Shown: in pieces, positions 51,989 through 59,932 of the stretch
Position numbering within the stretch: position 1 is the stretch's first letter
Layout of the letters: the number at the start of each line of letters is the position of its first letter
Translations under genes and position numbers: made by a program
Virus record (IMG/VR): IMGVR_UViG_3300005253_000070
From: a virus
Strand: one strand, 5' to 3'
DNA: 64,000 bases
Notes under the pieces: model-generated
What the model was told of the DNA's origin: nothing
Databases searched by the model: none
The model's input: the letters and a program-made list of their open reading frames with translations, nothing else

Positions 51989-52644
51989 CAGTGACGCTCA
52001 ATCCACCTGGTTACGAACTTGTCCTTTCGTCCCCGATGGGAGATCCAATTCATCTGCTCCAGGGTAGCGTGGGTAGCCCCAAGGTTCATCCCTCCTCTAC
52101 TTCTTAGCCTGGCAGTGCCATTTCCTTCTGTGCGTGTTGATGTCTCTCCTCCCTCAAGAATCGATTGATGAACTGACGATCTCCACAGGGTGGCCTTGTT
52201 TGAGTACGTATACCTATCTCTGCGCATATGCACGTAGATATTGTCAGGCCCATAGCGATCGTGTGGCTTTTCTAGTGGTCGCTTGACCCAACGCTCCGCC
52301 AGCCGAATCTGATTGACGACACGATCTGCAGAGACTACTGTTACTGCCTCCTCGATGAGAACGCCATCAATATGAAACGGGACCAAGTCATCCATGCACA
52401 AGATGAAAAATTGATCATCTTGAAGGAACCTTTTATGCGTCTCAAGAAAGTTGCTGGCCCACAGCCTATCTTGACCAAGGTGCTCTATCCTAGCATTGAT
52501 TTCCTTGGCATGAGGAACGGGAGCAGATCCTCCAACGACCACCAGCACCTCGTATGGGCAGGAAGGCCACAGCTTGTGGAGGAAGTGAACATGTGCGTGA
52601 ATCGTATGCACATACTTGTCGCAGGTGGGGATGACAATCTTCAT
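51985..52644 (-). CDS. hypothetical protein, tandem paralog B (CMDDL)
   Basis: 219 aa. Starts MKIVIPTCDKYVHTIHAHVHFLHKLWPSCPYEV. Confidence 0.5.
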   Translation of the reverse strand: MKIVIPTCDKYVHTIHAHVHFLHKLWPSCPYEVLVVVGGSAPVPHAKEINARIEHLGQDRLWASNFLETHKRFLQDDQFFILCMDDLVPFHIDGVLIEEAVTVVSADRVVNQIRLAERWVKRPLEKPHDRYGPDNIYVHMRRDRYTYSNKATLWRSSVHQSILEGGETSTRTEGNGTARLRSRGGMNLGATHATLEQMNWISHRGRKDKFVTRWIERHW

Positions 52645-53393
52645 TTGTACCCCCAGCGAGCCATGTATTTTTTGCAGCTTCTTTCAATCATCCTCACCTG
52701 AGTGTGATTCAGCCAGGTTTTCCAGTGGCCAGAAGTTCCGAACACGACAGCAGGAAGAGAAGGGAGCACCGGGTGCTCTCTGGGGGGATTCTCCCCTGCC
52801 TTCTCCAGCTTCCTTCTCTTTTTCCAGTACTCATCTTTTGCCTTCTGCTGATCTGGCAACCTGAATGGGTTGGTAAGTGTCCTTGCCTCTTTTAGGGAGA
52901 TGGCGATGCCCAAGAAAGTGGCGATCCGCAATGCCTCTGCAGATAGATCCTCAATCATCACCTCAAACTTTGAGACGTGGATCATGTTTCTTGGAATTTT
53001 ATCTACCCACATGTCAAACCAGCCAAGCCACATGGGAAGCTTTTCATTTATCACTGTCTTCCCAGAAAACTCACCGATCTTCCCAGAGCGTCTTGCTCGC
53101 TCCTGCATGGAGACGAAGATGTCTCTAGGATCTCGAACAGTTCCTACCACCCGAATGCGCCCCTCCTTTAAGAACCGCGCAGCTGTCTCTGACTCGTCTG
53201 GTAGATACCGAAAGACTTTGCAGATGACGAGCTCGTCTTCGTCCTTGTCGTGCTCCACCAGCCTACTCTCCTTGTGATAGCCTATCCCCCTTCCCCTGTT
53301 TGCGTGTTCAACTATGGCAGCCGCTATTCTATTCTGCGTTGTTGATCCTGTACGATACGTCCCTGTGACGAATACCCATATAGGTGCACTCAT
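52641..53393 (-). CDS. PAPS-dependent sulfotransferase
   Basis: 250 aa with AGGAGG RBS. Has a 5'-PSB-like TGTYRTGSTT, a 3'-PB-like VRDPRDIFVS and a C-terminal GTSGHWKTWL. Confidence 0.7.
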   Translation of the reverse strand: MSAPIWVFVTGTYRTGSTTQNRIAAAIVEHANRGRGIGYHKESRLVEHDKDEDELVICKVFRYLPDESETAARFLKEGRIRVVGTVRDPRDIFVSMQERARRSGKIGEFSGKTVINEKLPMWLGWFDMWVDKIPRNMIHVSKFEVMIEDLSAEALRIATFLGIAISLKEARTLTNPFRLPDQQKAKDEYWKKRRKLEKAGENPPREHPVLPSLPAVVFGTSGHWKTWLNHTQVRMIERSCKKYMARWGYK

Positions 53394-53417
53394 TCTGACC
53401 CTCCTGGAGTCGTATGT

Positions 53418-54329
53418 CTACCTGCTCCCAATTAGGATGTTGGAATCAAAGTCGATTCTCTTTACAGCCTGTTTTCCACCGAAGGATGTCACAGCGGCAA
53501 GGAGATCGTAGCTGTCTTCCAAGTTTCCCTCCTTTGGTGGTATAGGCTTTCCGCTCATTCGTATGAGCAGTCGCGTCGCTCCGAACCAGTCTCTGTCCTC
53601 GACCACAGTGCGAACGACCTCTGCCGGGCATTCATTCAACGCGTTTGTTGAAATAAACAACTCAGGATTTCCCAGTGCTTCGTTGCTCATTCTTAGGACG
53701 AGGGATGAGGGGATGATATTTATCTTCCCTTTCTCTGCTTCCTTCCCCTCCACAGTGATCAGGTTGACCGCATCCTCCCCAAAGAGGACGGATAGGTACA
53801 ACCACTGAAGCACACAAACCGGAGGAAAGTCAGCAATCGTATAGGTTAGCGAATCGTGTCCCATCCGCTTGTAGATCTTTGGTTGGCCACCATAGCCAGA
53901 GCCCCAGTCAAGGATTGATTTTGTCTGTCTTATTGGCACCCCCGTTTCCTTTGCAGCCACATACGCGTAGAACAAGAACTTGGTGACATCCCAGTTCACC
54001 GTCTTTCCTAGAAGGTTGGTTTGGGGAACGCCACCAAACTGATCTACAACCAGGGCAGCCTTGGTCAACCGCTGATCAAAGTTGTCCTCCAACCACGTCT
54101 TCACCAGATTGTACTTCGCAGGGTTGGTTCCCATTCTGCCCCGAAGACCAGGCTTTCCCATGAAATCAAAGTCAGGATGTGGTAGGAGAAGTTTTTCCGC
54201 CCTCCACGCACCACTCACCCAAAAATCCGACAGCTGCTCTTCTTTAGCAAACTGACGGATGTTCTCATACCTCTGTTGCACTTGCTCTCGTAGTCTCAAA
54301 TACCTATCGTGTTGCGTTTCCTCCAACAT
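53418..54329 (-). CDS. putative SAM-dependent (sugar O-) methyltransferase
   Basis: 303 aa with AGGAGGG RBS. Contains ILDWGSGYGG...YTIADFPPV, resembling a Rossmann SAM-binding motif. Confidence 0.45.
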   Translation of the reverse strand: MLEETQHDRYLRLREQVQQRYENIRQFAKEEQLSDFWVSGAWRAEKLLLPHPDFDFMGKPGLRGRMGTNPAKYNLVKTWLEDNFDQRLTKAALVVDQFGGVPQTNLLGKTVNWDVTKFLFYAYVAAKETGVPIRQTKSILDWGSGYGGQPKIYKRMGHDSLTYTIADFPPVCVLQWLYLSVLFGEDAVNLITVEGKEAEKGKINIIPSSLVLRMSNEALGNPELFISTNALNECPAEVVRTVVEDRDWFGATRLLIRMSGKPIPPKEGNLEDSYDLLAAVTSFGGKQAVKRIDFDSNILIGSR

Positions 54330-54346
54330 TGCTGGTTACCCTCCTG

Positions 54347-54370
54347 ATAAGGGAGGGCCGAAGCCCTCCC
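54347..54370 (-). terminator. intrinsic-terminator-like hairpin downstream of capsid gene
   Basis: On the - strand: GGGAGGGC-TTCG-GCCCTCCC followed by TTAT. Lies 84 nt after the capsid stop. Confidence 0.5.
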
Positions 54371-54395
54371 TGATGAATACGACACACAGAACCAC

Positions 54396-54432
54396 GTTTC
54401 AATCCCCATCCACCTCTGTGGGTGGATGCAAC
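54396..54432 (-). repeat. solitary CRISPR-repeat-like unit B (37 nt)
   Basis: The - strand reads GTTGCATCCACCCACAGAGGTGGATGGGGATTGAAAC, 30/37 identical to unit A with the same stem register. Lies in the 3' UTR of the capsid gene. Confidence 0.7.
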
Positions 54433-54453
54433 TAGCTCCTACAAACGAAGTGT

Positions 54454-55887
54454 TTACCACTCCTTGTAGTAGCTTGGCGGCGTCGGGTAGTACTCGTCTC
54501 CACCCTTCTCGAAGTACGGGCTGGATGGGAAGGGCTCACGCAGATGCTGGAGCGGCTCGTACATGATGTTCTCGAGACGACCGGCTAGTTGGGGAGTCCT
54601 GAGCACCACTCGGGGCTCAATTTTCCCCTGGAACTTGAAACAGTAATTCAAGTTCTGCATGCTCCACATGTATCGGCCCCCATCGGTAACCCAAAACTGT
54701 CCCTTGTTCCGTAGCACAGCCAGATCGCCCTGAGCCTGTGAGTAGTCCAGATACTCCCAGTACAACGTCCTCATCCCCTTCGCCCGAAGCGGAAGGATGT
54801 AGATGTCGCTGGCAAACTGACCAGGGATCAGGTTTGCATTGGTCGCGTTATTGTCTTCGAAAATACCGTCATCAGTGATGACCGGAACCTGGAGACCGTT
54901 GATCCAGAGGTACTTTCCCCTCCGCATTTCGTCTCTCATGTTCACATTCGTCGCATCATTCATGATCACGACATTCGTACCCGCAGAGTTTGCACATCGA
55001 TCGGTGAGATACTGGCAGGGCCATACGGCGCTCAGCTCGAAGAAAAGCTGCGGTCGCATAGCAATGACCCAGTCCACAGGATCGAGGCTCATGCGCTCGG
55101 CGTTGTGGGTCAGATACTGCATCATCATCGAGAGATACTGAACGATGCTAGGAGAGGCTCCATCGATGCTGTTGAATCCAAAGTCTTTGATGTCTGAATC
55201 CAAAGCAGGGCAAGGAGACTGGCTGAGTGCGTCAACCTTTCCAGTCGAGACCAGGATCTCAAGTCCAGGAAACTCCGCATATCCGCCGTTGGTGTTGTTC
55301 ACAGGGTTGCCCTGGAAAAGCATCCTCGTAAGCCACCGCTGAAACTCAATGCCGATGATGACGAGCTGCGACTGAACAACAGAGTTCAGCCATCCGCCCT
55401 TGGGAACACCTTCCTGAGTCAACAGCTGATGACCCTCACCAATGACATCACCTAGAAGGCGAAGATCTGTGGTGAGTTTGTTATTCAACACCTGCATTAG
55501 CGTGTTGACTTCCATCTCTTTCGAGCTTCGTGCCACACGGCCAAAGGCAGCAGTCTGATGACAGACCTCGAGAACACCACCAGGGGCGTCATCACAGGGG
55601 CCATCCGGCTCAGCCGATCCATCCCCCTCAAAGCCGGTGAGGAAGGGGTAGATTGGGTTCAGGTAGACTGTTGGGATTGCCGGAATCATACCCGACATGC
55701 CCCGAGGAGAAATAGACGCATTGATAACCGTGTCTTCAAGACCAAAGTTGCTGAAGAAGCCCTTTGGTCCGAAGACGAGCTGTGCATTAGGAACACCGGA
55801 GATCGCCTTTTGCTGGATTTGATTACCAGCGAGGAGGGCGAGAGTCTTGTTGATGCCCTCCAAAATTGCAACTGTTTGCCTATCCAC
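54454..55887 (-). CDS. major capsid protein candidate (by position and size)
   Basis: GTG at 55887 lies 7 nt after GGAGGG. The track ORF extends to 55902 without an RBS. About 477 aa, directly after the protease/scaffold gene. No motif verified. Confidence 0.55.
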   Translation of the reverse strand: MDRQTVAILEGINKTLALLAGNQIQQKAISGVPNAQLVFGPKGFFSNFGLEDTVINASISPRGMSGMIPAIPTVYLNPIYPFLTGFEGDGSAEPDGPCDDAPGGVLEVCHQTAAFGRVARSSKEMEVNTLMQVLNNKLTTDLRLLGDVIGEGHQLLTQEGVPKGGWLNSVVQSQLVIIGIEFQRWLTRMLFQGNPVNNTNGGYAEFPGLEILVSTGKVDALSQSPCPALDSDIKDFGFNSIDGASPSIVQYLSMMMQYLTHNAERMSLDPVDWVIAMRPQLFFELSAVWPCQYLTDRCANSAGTNVVIMNDATNVNMRDEMRRGKYLWINGLQVPVITDDGIFEDNNATNANLIPGQFASDIYILPLRAKGMRTLYWEYLDYSQAQGDLAVLRNKGQFWVTDGGRYMWSMQNLNYCFKFQGKIEPRVVLRTPQLAGRLENIMYEPLQHLREPFPSSPYFEKGGDEYYPTPPSYYKEW

Positions 55888-57895
55888 TTTTGTTCCCTCC
55901 ACCGAGGAATGTGTCCATTAGGGCATCGCCCATGTCCTGGACAACACCTGCCCCGACGCTTTCTTGGTCGGCCTTTTCCTTCGCCGCTACAGTAGCATTA
56001 GGATCAACGGTTTTTGGATCGGTCGACGGACGAGTAAGCGATGCGCGAGTCGATTGATTCCGTCGCAGCGCCTGTACCTCAAATGAGACGGAGGCGAGTT
56101 GGTCAGACATCTCTTTCACCAAGCCGGCTAGAGCTTCCTGCCCTTCGTCAGCAGTGAAATTCGGTGGATCGGAGGCGACTTCTTTGGCCTTTTTCTTGGC
56201 CTTGCCGTCCTTACCATCCTCGTCGTCTTCGTCTTCCTCTTCATCTTCCTGTTTCTTCTTCTTGGCCTTCTCAGCCAAGGAGAGGAAGGCTACCTTGAGT
56301 TCACAGTCTGGCAGGTCACCCATCGCCTTTATGAACAAGTCATTTGGGTCAGGTTCCTGGGTGTCTTCCTTCTCCTCCTGGTCGGGAATGTGTGACACGA
56401 AGACAGCAGCACTCTTGAGTATCTGCTTGTGATCTTCGTTTTCCTCCGCGTCGACCATCATCAAGAGCTCTTTCACCAGGTTATCTCGTGAGATCTCCTC
56501 GTCCTTGAAGATGGCATCCGGCTCGACTGACTTAGCATTGATTCCATCCGCCTGAGAGACTGCTTTCGTGGCCAGTTCATCGCCGAGCAGCTCTCGGAGA
56601 ATGGCAATCTTGTGTTGCAACATTTCTGGTTCTCCTTCAGTAGTGATCCGAGAGAAGACATTCGCAGACTGCTGGACAGGAAGTAATGATCTCTCTAGGA
56701 TCGCAATGCTGTGATAAACGTTATTGACTCTTTTTCCTCGCACATCGACGTTGCGTTCCTTATCTGTTGGGTCAGAAAGGAATGCAATGCTGATCGCCCA
56801 TCTTTCAGGGTGCCTCGATGTTTCTTTCCTGGCCTGCTGGCTAACTGCATCGTTGTACCACAGGCCGGATTCTATCAGACACAACCCATCGTGCATCGCA
56901 AAGTCGCAGTTGCCGAAGTCGACACCCCTCACGTGCCAAAAACGCAGTGGACCACGGTCTTTGACCACACTGTCTGCAGACCTCTCCAATGCCTTGGAGG
57001 ATACGATGTCAAACTCACGGTCCATGAAAGCAGTGGACGAAATCGATACCCAACGATATTGTCCATCATGCTGCTTTGTGGTGAAGAACACGTTCTGCCC
57101 CTTGGTGATCGCAGGCTCTGGTGCTAACTCCTTCGTCAGCATCTGCCCCAACGAGGACCACACCTGGGAGAACTTATCCTTCCAACTCTTCGGCTTTGCT
57201 CGCGTTCCCATGAGAGGTGCTCCACAATCGGGGCAGACCTTGTCTACACAAGCTGCACCCTTCGAGTGGTCTCCGGAGTAGCCGCACTCCTTGCAAACAC
57301 AGGTGCCTACTCCATCCTCTAGGACCGCTTTCTCTTGCCCTCCTGATTTTATATCCAACAGAGCAGGGGCTGGAAGAACACTGGTCCCGTCTGATTTCCG
57401 CGTCTCCTCGGTCACCGACGCTCCCTCTTCCTGCTCAGAAAGAACTTTGTCCACAGACAGGTTTACTTGCCTGTGCGAATGCTCCATGCCCCATCCCTTG
57501 TGTGTTTTCCCCGCAAGGTAGGTTGCAATCTTGTCCCACGTTTCCGGAGTTATCTCTGCTACCTCGTCAAGCCATACCAAAGGAGATCCTAAGGCATTCT
57601 CCTTTTTCACAGGCCATGACACCACACCAACTCGCGGAAGCTGCAGGTGATGCTGCACGGAACCGTCTTTGGGGATAGCACCCGTGTTCATCCCAAGTCG
57701 CCATGCGAGATCCGCGACCAGTTGAACAAGGAGGTCCTTCTGCCTACGCTCCTCAGAAGACTCAATCGCACCTATTTGCGCCACTGCGGCCTCCCTACTA
57801 TCGTGACATCCCATTGACTTCCCTGCGGCTGTTCCGTCTGGGGACTTCTTGAACACACAATGCTGTCCGCCTTGCATAACGATGGTGTATGGCAT
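55880..57895 (-). CDS. prohead protease / scaffold fusion candidate with internal zinc ribbon
   Basis: 671 aa. The central region (RFWHVRG...ISIAF...ILERSLLPVQQSAN) resembles HK97-type prohead proteases. Also has CKECG...CPDCG, the acidic run QEDEEEDEDDEDGKDGK and a helical C-terminus. Confidence 0.5.
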   Translation of the reverse strand: MPYTIVMQGGQHCVFKKSPDGTAAGKSMGCHDSREAAVAQIGAIESSEERRQKDLLVQLVADLAWRLGMNTGAIPKDGSVQHHLQLPRVGVVSWPVKKENALGSPLVWLDEVAEITPETWDKIATYLAGKTHKGWGMEHSHRQVNLSVDKVLSEQEEGASVTEETRKSDGTSVLPAPALLDIKSGGQEKAVLEDGVGTCVCKECGYSGDHSKGAACVDKVCPDCGAPLMGTRAKPKSWKDKFSQVWSSLGQMLTKELAPEPAITKGQNVFFTTKQHDGQYRWVSISSTAFMDREFDIVSSKALERSADSVVKDRGPLRFWHVRGVDFGNCDFAMHDGLCLIESGLWYNDAVSQQARKETSRHPERWAISIAFLSDPTDKERNVDVRGKRVNNVYHSIAILERSLLPVQQSANVFSRITTEGEPEMLQHKIAILRELLGDELATKAVSQADGINAKSVEPDAIFKDEEISRDNLVKELLMMVDAEENEDHKQILKSAAVFVSHIPDQEEKEDTQEPDPNDLFIKAMGDLPDCELKVAFLSLAEKAKKKKQEDEEEDEDDEDGKDGKAKKKAKEVASDPPNFTADEGQEALAGLVKEMSDQLASVSFEVQALRRNQSTRASLTRPSTDPKTVDPNATVAAKEKADQESVGAGVVQDMGDALMDTFLGGGNKSG

Positions 57896-58602
57896 TATGT
57901 CGTTACTATCGCAACGGTCGGCTTCGGTCCAGCTCCGCCTTTAGCGATCGCGGCCTGAAGAACAGGCCCGATTTCTCTTGCCATTTTCTTCTGCATTTCA
58001 AGAGCGATAGAGGCAGAGAATCCACGAGGCTCAACACCAGGATGCTTGACCCTCTCGTACTTCTTTACGTAGTTCCCTGTCCTGTCCCGCTTTCGTGTAT
58101 TCAATCCGGGGAAAGACATGAGGAAGCTAGGAGCCGTTTTCGGCGCATAGGGATTGGACCAGAAGAGAAATCCTCCCTCTTCCTTCGGGCCAATCCAGTG
58201 TTCCCCAGTGCCATAGTCGATCAGTGTGTATAAGGCAGCAAGATCCATTTCTTTCGAGCCACCAGGGCTGGGCTGAGTTGGACTTAGACCGGCCAAAACA
58301 AGCATGTCACCAGAAGCAAGAAAGCTTTGCTTGATGACCTTGAATCTTGGATGCCTTTTCCACGAAAGAACCGTCTGCCTATACAAATCGGATCCCGAGG
58401 ATCCCACTCTCCCTAGCCAGTTAAGAATTTCCAGGCGAACATCTTGAAGCGTCCACAAATCAGGAAAGACAGGGAGAAGACCATACAGCTCGCCACCGGG
58501 TGTTACTGAGCCAGCAGCAAATGCTGTTGATCGAAAATGCGGGTCTGCTCCGCGAACCGATCCTGTATCCTGGCTAGCCAAGGTGGTACCTCTGCATAAC
58601 AA
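57895..58602 (-). CDS. hypothetical head-module protein (start uncertain)
   Basis: 235-aa track ORF with a TTG start that overlaps the portal 3' end by 29 nt. No motif recognised. Confidence 0.45.
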   Translation of the reverse strand: MLCRGTTLASQDTGSVRGADPHFRSTAFAAGSVTPGGELYGLLPVFPDLWTLQDVRLEILNWLGRVGSSGSDLYRQTVLSWKRHPRFKVIKQSFLASGDMLVLAGLSPTQPSPGGSKEMDLAALYTLIDYGTGEHWIGPKEEGGFLFWSNPYAPKTAPSFLMSFPGLNTRKRDRTGNYVKKYERVKHPGVEPRGFSASIALEMQKKMAREIGPVLQAAIAKGGAGPKPTVAIVTT

Positions 58603-59923
58603 CCTGCATGGCTGATCTCATCTCTTGTAGAGATCGAACGATATGAGTGACCCTTTCCTCTTCTTCATCTCTTGGATCGGCTATCGTCGCCTGAGCCAAG
58701 AAGGACTCGGGAGCGTCGCCCTCAGTAACTGCAAGTTCTAATGCCTGTTGCGGCGTGATTTCTTGCGAAGTTACTCTCAGCGCACGCTCCCGTGCCCTGG
58801 CGTGGGAAAGCTCAACTCTCTCACGTTCTGCCGCAGGATCAGTCGAAGTAAACTGAAACTCAAGCGACTGCGGCAGAACAAAGTGGTTGAAGCCAAACTC
58901 AAACTGCTGAATAATAACGCCAGGTCCCTTTCCCCTCGCCTTCGCCGCCATCGTTTCAACTTGTGAAGCGGAACCCAGGTTTCCCCCCGGCAAAGGAGCG
59001 AACTCCGAGTAGTCTGTACCAAAGCCAAGCGCCAAAGTGGCGATGTACCACTTCAGAAGAATATCTTCGTTGAATCCATCAGGCAGGCCGGCTAGTTCAA
59101 TAAGCTTTGCGTCCAATGGAACACCGGGGTCAGGACCAGCCAAAATGACGGGACCCGTGTAGAGAGTCCTTCCCCGATGCTCTATCTCCGCCTCCATCGA
59201 CCGTGTGATCGCTTCCTCTACAGCACCCCGCCGAATTCCCTGAACAAAGAGGATGCCAGGAACACGCTTTCCAGATAGCTTCTGTCTTTTGTAAACGCTC
59301 AGTGCCTTCAGTGTCTGAGCCGCTCGCAGGATTCTCGATATGGCACAGAATCCGATACCGACATGTTTTTCCCGTGAGGAGGGCATGTCCACCATTGGAA
59401 TGACATCATACCACTGCAGCTTATGAACATTGTCACGCACATCATAGTAGTCGACAGGCTGCACAGGGTCCCCTGTACGAACGCATCTCTGTGAATCCAG
59501 CTGGGCAACGCCCTGGGCAGCTGTGTGCTTACCGGATCCGGGCTGTCTCAGCAGCTCAATGAATGCCCCATTGTCTTGCGTAAACAAATCCTGTGCAAGG
59601 GCGAAGACGAAATGTATCCAGCCATTCCCCAAATCTGCTGATTGGAGAATGGTATTCCACCGATTCACTGCCTTTCGCGGACCAGTGAGCTTGTAGTCCA
59701 AAGCCGCGATCTTGGCACACATGGAATACACCGCGCCGGCCACGATTGGCTCTTCTCTCCAGATCCTATCCAAGTACACATCTCTCTGTGGAGTAGGCCA
59801 CGTAGGGGTATCGTCGGCCAAAGCAGAAAGATAGAAGACCAAGGGAGAAAGAGCGCTTGCCTCTTGCTCAGCCCTGTTTTGAATGGACAGATCCACTTGG
59901 ACCTGTGGATCGACGATACCCAT
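58574..59923 (-). CDS. portal protein candidate
   Basis: 449 aa with AGGAG RBS, immediately downstream of the large terminase. Call is positional only. Confidence 0.6.
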   Translation of the reverse strand: MGIVDPQVQVDLSIQNRAEQEASALSPLVFYLSALADDTPTWPTPQRDVYLDRIWREEPIVAGAVYSMCAKIAALDYKLTGPRKAVNRWNTILQSADLGNGWIHFVFALAQDLFTQDNGAFIELLRQPGSGKHTAAQGVAQLDSQRCVRTGDPVQPVDYYDVRDNVHKLQWYDVIPMVDMPSSREKHVGIGFCAISRILRAAQTLKALSVYKRQKLSGKRVPGILFVQGIRRGAVEEAITRSMEAEIEHRGRTLYTGPVILAGPDPGVPLDAKLIELAGLPDGFNEDILLKWYIATLALGFGTDYSEFAPLPGGNLGSASQVETMAAKARGKGPGVIIQQFEFGFNHFVLPQSLEFQFTSTDPAAERERVELSHARARERALRVTSQEITPQQALELAVTEGDAPESFLAQATIADPRDEEEERVTHIVRSLQEMRSAMQVVMQRYHLG

Positions 59924-59932
59924 GAATGTCTC

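Noticed and set aside
15963-54432. Calling a CRISPR array
   Set aside because: Only two repeat-like units exist. They lie 38 kb apart on opposite strands, each without an adjacent second repeat. I saw no further copies of GGGGATTGAAAC or GTTTCAATCCCC, though my scan was by eye and not exhaustive. No cas operon is present. They are therefore reported as solitary units, not an array.
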